Assembly (NCBI GenBank): GCA_965248535.1 | Contig: CBDFJR010000002.1 | Span: 544,001 to 608,000 of the forward strand | DNA from: Phormidesmis sp. | Lineage (GTDB): Bacteria > Cyanobacteriota > Cyanobacteriia > Leptolyngbyales > Leptolyngbyaceae | DNA length: 64,000 bases | Reading direction: 5' to 3' | Shown here: positions 59,250 through 64,000 of the stretch, piece by piece | How the letters are laid out: each line of letters begins with the position of its first letter | Position numbering within the stretch: the first letter of the stretch is position 1 | The notes under the pieces: model-generated | Told to the model about the DNA's origin: nothing | What the model saw: only the letters and a program-made list of their open reading frames with translations | The model's database searches: none | Translations under genes and position numbers: made by a program

Positions 59250-62200
59250 TTAGACAGTTGCCGCTTGCGGAGCAAAAGACACACCTCGTAAGACTTCGCC
59301 GTATTTAGCTTGGTCGATGACGCTGAACTTTTCACCTGCGGCTTGCGCTGCTGTGGTATTGGAGAGCACATCGACGATCGCCACCAGTTTGTTGGGATCT
59401 GCTCCCTGATCGGTACTGGCGCTAATGGTTGAAGTCACCGCAAACAGAGATACCGTGCCATCGCCATTGACCTTGCCCGTCAGGTTTCGCAGACCATCTG
59501 TTGCAGGATTAAAGGCAGCATCTAAACCGGGCACGCTGTAGGAGATCCCAAGATCCAAGCCATTTTGCAGAACATAGTCTTCGACCCAAGTGCCGTTTAC
59601 TAGACTCCACTTCTGGAGACCCGCAGAGGTGCTGGTGGCAGCATCTGCCTTCACCCCGTCGCCCTCATCGGCAACATAAAGCGTGGTGGCGTTGGCAAAC
59701 CAAATGCCAAAGGGATGGGTGATGGTGTTGGCAGCGCCCTTAGCGAGAACCGTGGAAAAACCGGGCAGGATCGTAATCGGTGCAGTGGCGGCGTTGGTGA
59801 GGTCTGGGAGAGTGCCAGCATTGCCGACCTGATAGACCGTGTTGATGCCGTTGCCGCCGCTGCCCTTCGACACAAAGAGAGTGTTGTTGAAAATTGTCTC
59901 ACCCCGGAAGTTGTTGTCTTTGGCAGTCTTGTCTGCCGCGTAACCATATTGAGTGATGTTGAAGTTGCCCACTTTTGTTGTTCCCGGAGTGAGCGCGGTC
60001 GCATCTTCTCCCGGAATCACAATCTGCACTCCTGCTGCATCGGCAACCGCCGCTGATCCGTCTCCGTTCCCTGCGTTGCCTGCGGTATAGTACAAGCCAT
60101 TTGGAGCGAGGATTACCGCCCGACCATTGTTGCCGGGGTAGATATTGCTCGTGGTGATATCGAGGGAGCCATCGGCGTTGAGTTGCGCGATCGCTCGGTA
60201 CGTGGGAGCCGCCGTCACTGGGTTGCCGGGTTCAATAATTCCCGGCGTGTTGGAGTTTGACACGTCAAGTTGATTGACTCCCGTTGCATAGGCAATGAAA
60301 GTCAGCCCTGTGCCGTCAGGTGTGAGATTCAGCGCCAGTTCTGACTTTGACGGGAAACTAGTGGTGATCAGGGTCGGATCGATCGCCACTGTTCCGATCT
60401 TGAGTCCTGTTGTCGTGATTTGATCCAAGAAAATGGGCGACGTGATGCCAAAGCTGGCATCTGCTTTAGCGTTGTTGAACACAGTTGGATAGGAACCATC
60501 CGCGATCGCGGCACCGCCGCCCGGTAGAGGTTGCCCTACAGTGATGGTGGATGCTGTGCCCTGATAGACGCTGCGTGAGACAATCAGGTCGCCCGGAGCA
60601 AACAACAGTGCTGTAGATAGCTGGGTCGCCGCAATGCCTTCTACGATCGCCAGTAGCTTGCCTGAATTGAGCCGAACCAGAGTATCGTCAGCGTTTGCGC
60701 CTGTTCCCTGAACAAACGTGAGTTGCCCAAAGGTGAGACCGTCAGCCAAATTGATGCGATCGCCCTTGGCAAAGTCTAAGCCTCGAATGATGTCCAGTCC
60801 ATCCGTTGCTTTCAACTCAAAGGTATCCTTGCCGCTACCGCTCACCATCGTGGTGACACCAGAGCCTCCATTCAGGATGTCATTGCCTGCGCCAGCATAG
60901 AACGTATTCTTGCCAATGCCCCCGCGCAGAATATCATTGCCATTGCCCGCGTAAACAATGTGATCACCCACCGACGCGTTGATGACATCATCAGACCCGT
61001 CAAAGCCATACACCACTTGGCTAATGGCATCTAGATAAGTGACTGTGCTGCGATTAAATAGAGTGTTGCGAGGCGCATCATTGTTGAAGACATCAAAGCT
61101 GTCTGTGCCCTGGGTTTGTCCATCAAAAATGATGTTCCGTAAGTCAGCCGTTGCCCCAGTAGACTTGCTGAGGTTGTCTAGATCTTCCAGCTTGAAGTTC
61201 TTGAGCACCACTTTGGTATCGGCGATGCCAGCGAAGGTAATCACCAGATCTTGCCCGATCGGGGTCAAAATCATGTTGCGAGCAGTCAAGCCATCGCCCA
61301 CAAACTTAATCGTGTCAGCGTTTGCCAGCCCAGATTGAGAAGGCGCAGCCCCCTGACCCACGCCGCCAAAGTTGGCGATCGTCACGGTCTTGCCGCGAGA
61401 CACCGCAAAGGTTTTGTTGCCGCCGCTCCCGTCTTCTTGTTGGGCCACCAAACCAGGCAGTGCTTGGGTCTTTTCTTGAACGGCACCCTGCAACTTGCTG
61501 GCATCTAGCCCCAGCGTCTCTAATGCCGTGACCGCAATCTGTTTGGTGCTCACCCTAGACGATTGAACACTGCCGCGTAACTCAGCCGCGATCGCGCCAC
61601 CGCCGACAATTAGCGCCACATGGGTGTCGTCTTCCGAGAAGCCCCCGTGTTCAGCCTGCTTTTTGGGCTTGGTTGGATCGCCTACCAGCACAAAGCCAGG
61701 CTTCAGTTTCACAATTAAATCGGGAGTCGTAGCATCCTGAGCGGGGTTGCCAAATCCTGCCTGCTGCAAGCTGCTGCCAAACAAAACCGTATCGATCCCA
61801 GAGTTGGGATTGGCGGCTTTGAGATCAGTCAGAGCTTTGGCGGCGGCGGCGGTCTGCGACTGGTCAGATAACCAGAGCAAGGTGATGTCATCTTGGGTCG
61901 CCTGAGCGACTTTGATGCCAGCCTTGTCTAGGACGTTGGTGTAGAGGTCATCCTTCAGCAGGGTTGCGGCACCTAGACGGGGATTTTGACCATGCTTTGC
62001 CGTCAAAACAATTTCAGTAGAATCGTATAATCCGGCTGTCTTCAAAGCTGAGACGATCTGACCAATGCTGGCATCGGTATGGCTCAAAGCATCTTTAAAG
62101 GCAGCCGATGGGGTGCCATCTAGAGCGATTCCGCCGATGGGCAGCTTTTCGCCGACGCTTACCGCTTGAAAGTTCAGACCAAAGATCGAGGGGGTGCCCT

Positions 62201-63032
62201 TCACCTCAGTCCCTAGAGAATTTAGCCCGTAGATCTCATTGACGATCGCTCTAACTTTCAGGTCGTCATAGGCTTCTGTCAGCGTGACGCTATTAGTAGT
62301 GGTCGTAAAGGTCAGCTTGCTCGGATCTTGAGCCGTGGACTTGTCAACCAGTTTGCCGTTCTCGATCGCCACCGCAGCATTAATTTCTGGAGTGTAAAGG
62401 TCATCGACCCCATTGCCGCTGGGCCCGTTCGCGATCTCATAAGAAGGATGCTTGTCAGAAAAGGCAGTCGATAACCCGGCATCGTGGGCGACGTTAAAAA
62501 TGGTGTTGACTTGCAGGAAACTGTGGGGATAGACAGGATTACCCGCCGCATCTAGAGGCAATTGGTTGGGGTCAATGCCGCCGCCACCGTTCAGCAAGGT
62601 GGGATCTTTGTCGATGTTTTCAGCGTAGGCAACTTCAGTGCCAAAGGGTGTGGCGCTGGTTGCGCCCGGCGCTTTTAGAGTGCGGGAGTAAGAGTCATCA
62701 TAATAAACGCCTGTGGTAGCCGGGCCAGCACCTGTGAGGTAGTTAAGCTCACCGGGGAAAGAGTCTGAAGGCACACTGGTGTAAGCATTAGAATAGGCGA
62801 CACCGCCAGCAGCCAGGCTGAGAATATTGGTCAGGTTTCCCTGGAGTTTAGCATCGGTTAAATCAGCTTCCCGCAGCCCGTCGATGGAGATCAACAGAAC
62901 GTGCTTACCGTTCCCAGAACTGGAAACTTTTGCGAGTTGCTGGTCGATCGGGGCTTGAAGGGTGGAGCTACTGGATAGGGTCGGTAGGCTGATATCAAGA
63001 CTAGAGGTGGCGTTTAAAGGATTAGTCGTCAT
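59250..63032 (-). CDS. Alkaline phosphatase/nucleotide pyrophosphatase family protein with RTX Ca-binding repeats and a large C-terminal domain
   Basis: LLISIDGL, PSDSFPG, TAKHG, EHGG; RTX-like GNGNDILRGG and GAGNDILNGG; about 450-aa beta-rich C-terminal region. Confidence 0.82.
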   Translation of the reverse strand: MTTNPLNATSSLDISLPTLSSSSTLQAPIDQQLAKVSSSGNGKHVLLISIDGLREADLTDAKLQGNLTNILSLAAGGVAYSNAYTSVPSDSFPGELNYLTGAGPATTGVYYDDSYSRTLKAPGATSATPFGTEVAYAENIDKDPTLLNGGGGIDPNQLPLDAAGNPVYPHSFLQVNTIFNVAHDAGLSTAFSDKHPSYEIANGPSGNGVDDLYTPEINAAVAIENGKLVDKSTAQDPSKLTFTTTTNSVTLTEAYDDLKVRAIVNEIYGLNSLGTEVKGTPSIFGLNFQAVSVGEKLPIGGIALDGTPSAAFKDALSHTDASIGQIVSALKTAGLYDSTEIVLTAKHGQNPRLGAATLLKDDLYTNVLDKAGIKVAQATQDDITLLWLSDQSQTAAAAKALTDLKAANPNSGIDTVLFGSSLQQAGFGNPAQDATTPDLIVKLKPGFVLVGDPTKPKKQAEHGGFSEDDTHVALIVGGGAIAAELRGSVQSSRVSTKQIAVTALETLGLDASKLQGAVQEKTQALPGLVAQQEDGSGGNKTFAVSRGKTVTIANFGGVGQGAAPSQSGLANADTIKFVGDGLTARNMILTPIGQDLVITFAGIADTKVVLKNFKLEDLDNLSKSTGATADLRNIIFDGQTQGTDSFDVFNNDAPRNTLFNRSTVTYLDAISQVVYGFDGSDDVINASVGDHIVYAGNGNDILRGGIGKNTFYAGAGNDILNGGSGVTTMVSGSGKDTFELKATDGLDIIRGLDFAKGDRINLADGLTFGQLTFVQGTGANADDTLVRLNSGKLLAIVEGIAATQLSTALLFAPGDLIVSRSVYQGTASTITVGQPLPGGGAAIADGSYPTVFNNAKADASFGITSPIFLDQITTTGLKIGTVAIDPTLITTSFPSKSELALNLTPDGTGLTFIAYATGVNQLDVSNSNTPGIIEPGNPVTAAPTYRAIAQLNADGSLDITTSNIYPGNNGRAVILAPNGLYYTAGNAGNGDGSAAVADAAGVQIVIPGEDATALTPGTTKVGNFNITQYGYAADKTAKDNNFRGETIFNNTLFVSKGSGGNGINTVYQVGNAGTLPDLTNAATAPITILPGFSTVLAKGAANTITHPFGIWFANATTLYVADEGDGVKADAATSTSAGLQKWSLVNGTWVEDYVLQNGLDLGISYSVPGLDAAFNPATDGLRNLTGKVNGDGTVSLFAVTSTISASTDQGADPNKLVAIVDVLSNTTAAQAAGEKFSVIDQAKYGEVLRGVSFAPQAATV

Positions 63033-63487
63033 AAAACTCAGGTTGGAGGATGGAAACCAGACGTGGAAACTAGGACTCATCGCTGCTGATCTGGACTTGT
63101 CAACAAGCGACAGGCGCGTAAAGCCCTCTAGATATGCTTTACAGCTATTTGAAGGCGGTTTAGCATAAATTCTTAGAGCAAGTTTTTCAAACAGATGACG
63201 CTCTTCTAGAGACCCGTGAGTCAGGTGAGTGAGTCAAGTGTCTGAATTAGAAGCTTTTCACTAAGCTAAATTCCGTATTAATACAGAATTTAATTCACCC
63301 CTTAGAACTTTAGTTGAAGTAGATTAAGGGCAAGCTATGCGGAGCTTAAAGAAGAAACAGAGTGAGGTTAATTAGTTAAAATGTACCATGTGCTAAAAGT
63401 TTAGCTACTTGCCGCAGCGTTGCCTCTGTGTCATTAGTTTGACCGAGAGCCGAAAAGGGGAGCAATCCAGGATATTAATATATGGTT

Positions 63488-64000
63488 TTACTTCTTATTT
63501 TCAATACGTTCTAGTATTTCTGTGACAAGGTTTTTCCATTCTATTTGATGATCTTTTGTTGATCTCTCAAAGAACTATCAGAAGGGTGATATTCGATCAA
63601 GGGACGGTTGTCGGCTTCCGCTTTACGTATGATATCTGAACTCTTAATACGGCTCTTAAATATTATTGATTCTTTTCCTTTGCGAATATTTTTTGACAAC
63701 CATTCGTTAAACTCTGTCCCCATTTTTGGAATTCAAGATCCCATTTGTTGTTTTCAATCGTTGCTCTTGTATCAACCTTCGAGTAAAGAACCCCAAGTAA
63801 TTCAACTTCACAAGAAGCTTTGCACCTCTTCAAGCGCTTTACGCATTCGACAATTTTATCCAATCCCCAATGAGAATATGCATCCAGAAGAGTTGGCACA
63901 ATAAAGTAAGTGCTGAGGGAGAGAGCGTTTAGAGTGATCAGCCCAAGGCTTGGAGGACAATCAAAAATAATATGCGTATAAGCCTTACCTTCGGGATTTT
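63488..64000 (-). CDS. ParA/Soj family ATPase, 3' part, with two apparent 1-nt frameshifts (about 63720 and 63556)
   Basis: IIFDCPPSLGLITLNAL...FIVPT...LLGVLYSKVD, then IFKSRIKSS...AEADNRPL, then EWKNLVTEILERIENKK* ending at 63488. Confidence 0.75.

Larger units (their letters stand above)
1..64000. repeat. HIP1 octamer GCGATCGC dispersed throughout
   Basis: Many exact copies (e.g. 22, 2892, 5272, 42937, 44707) and frequent CGATCG cores. Confidence 0.9.

Noticed and set aside
63300..63385. Pho box upstream of the phosphatase-family gene
   Set aside because: TTAAYY half-sites occur on the minus strand but not as three copies at 11-bp spacing.
1..64000. tRNA, rRNA, integrase or intact transposase genes
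   Set aside because: None recognised; a tRNAscan/Rfam run would be needed to exclude small RNAs.

Overview
Chromosomal window from a cyanobacterium, judged from dense HIP1 GCGATCGC octamers, ndhP, pentapeptide-repeat and DUF1815/DUF2839 genes; the genus cannot be fixed from the sequence. It contains the canonical replication locus (dnaA, oriC with TTTTCCACA boxes, dnaN) and many housekeeping genes (pgi, tyrA, pyrB, mgtE, anmK, sixA, cutA, a PPTase). Accessory content: the tail of an eCIS-type locus at the left edge (AAA ATPase end, DUF4157 protein, REP-like repeats, metzincin protease), a NACHT/HEAT plus toxin-antitoxin islet, two Rpn-like genes and a ParA gene at the right edge. The most striking item lies about 35 kb from oriC and is a plasmid-type replication module among housekeeping genes with no integrase. 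It comprises a CyRepA1-like primase-helicase and a divergent tandem winged-helix, Rep-like gene. Between them are nine degenerate 16-bp iteron-like repeats and three hairpins that all carry GTGGTAGG in the loop. This is a candidate second, DnaA-independent origin. Several single-base frameshifts in otherwise intact genes probably reflect assembly errors. All family calls come from motif recognition, not database searches.
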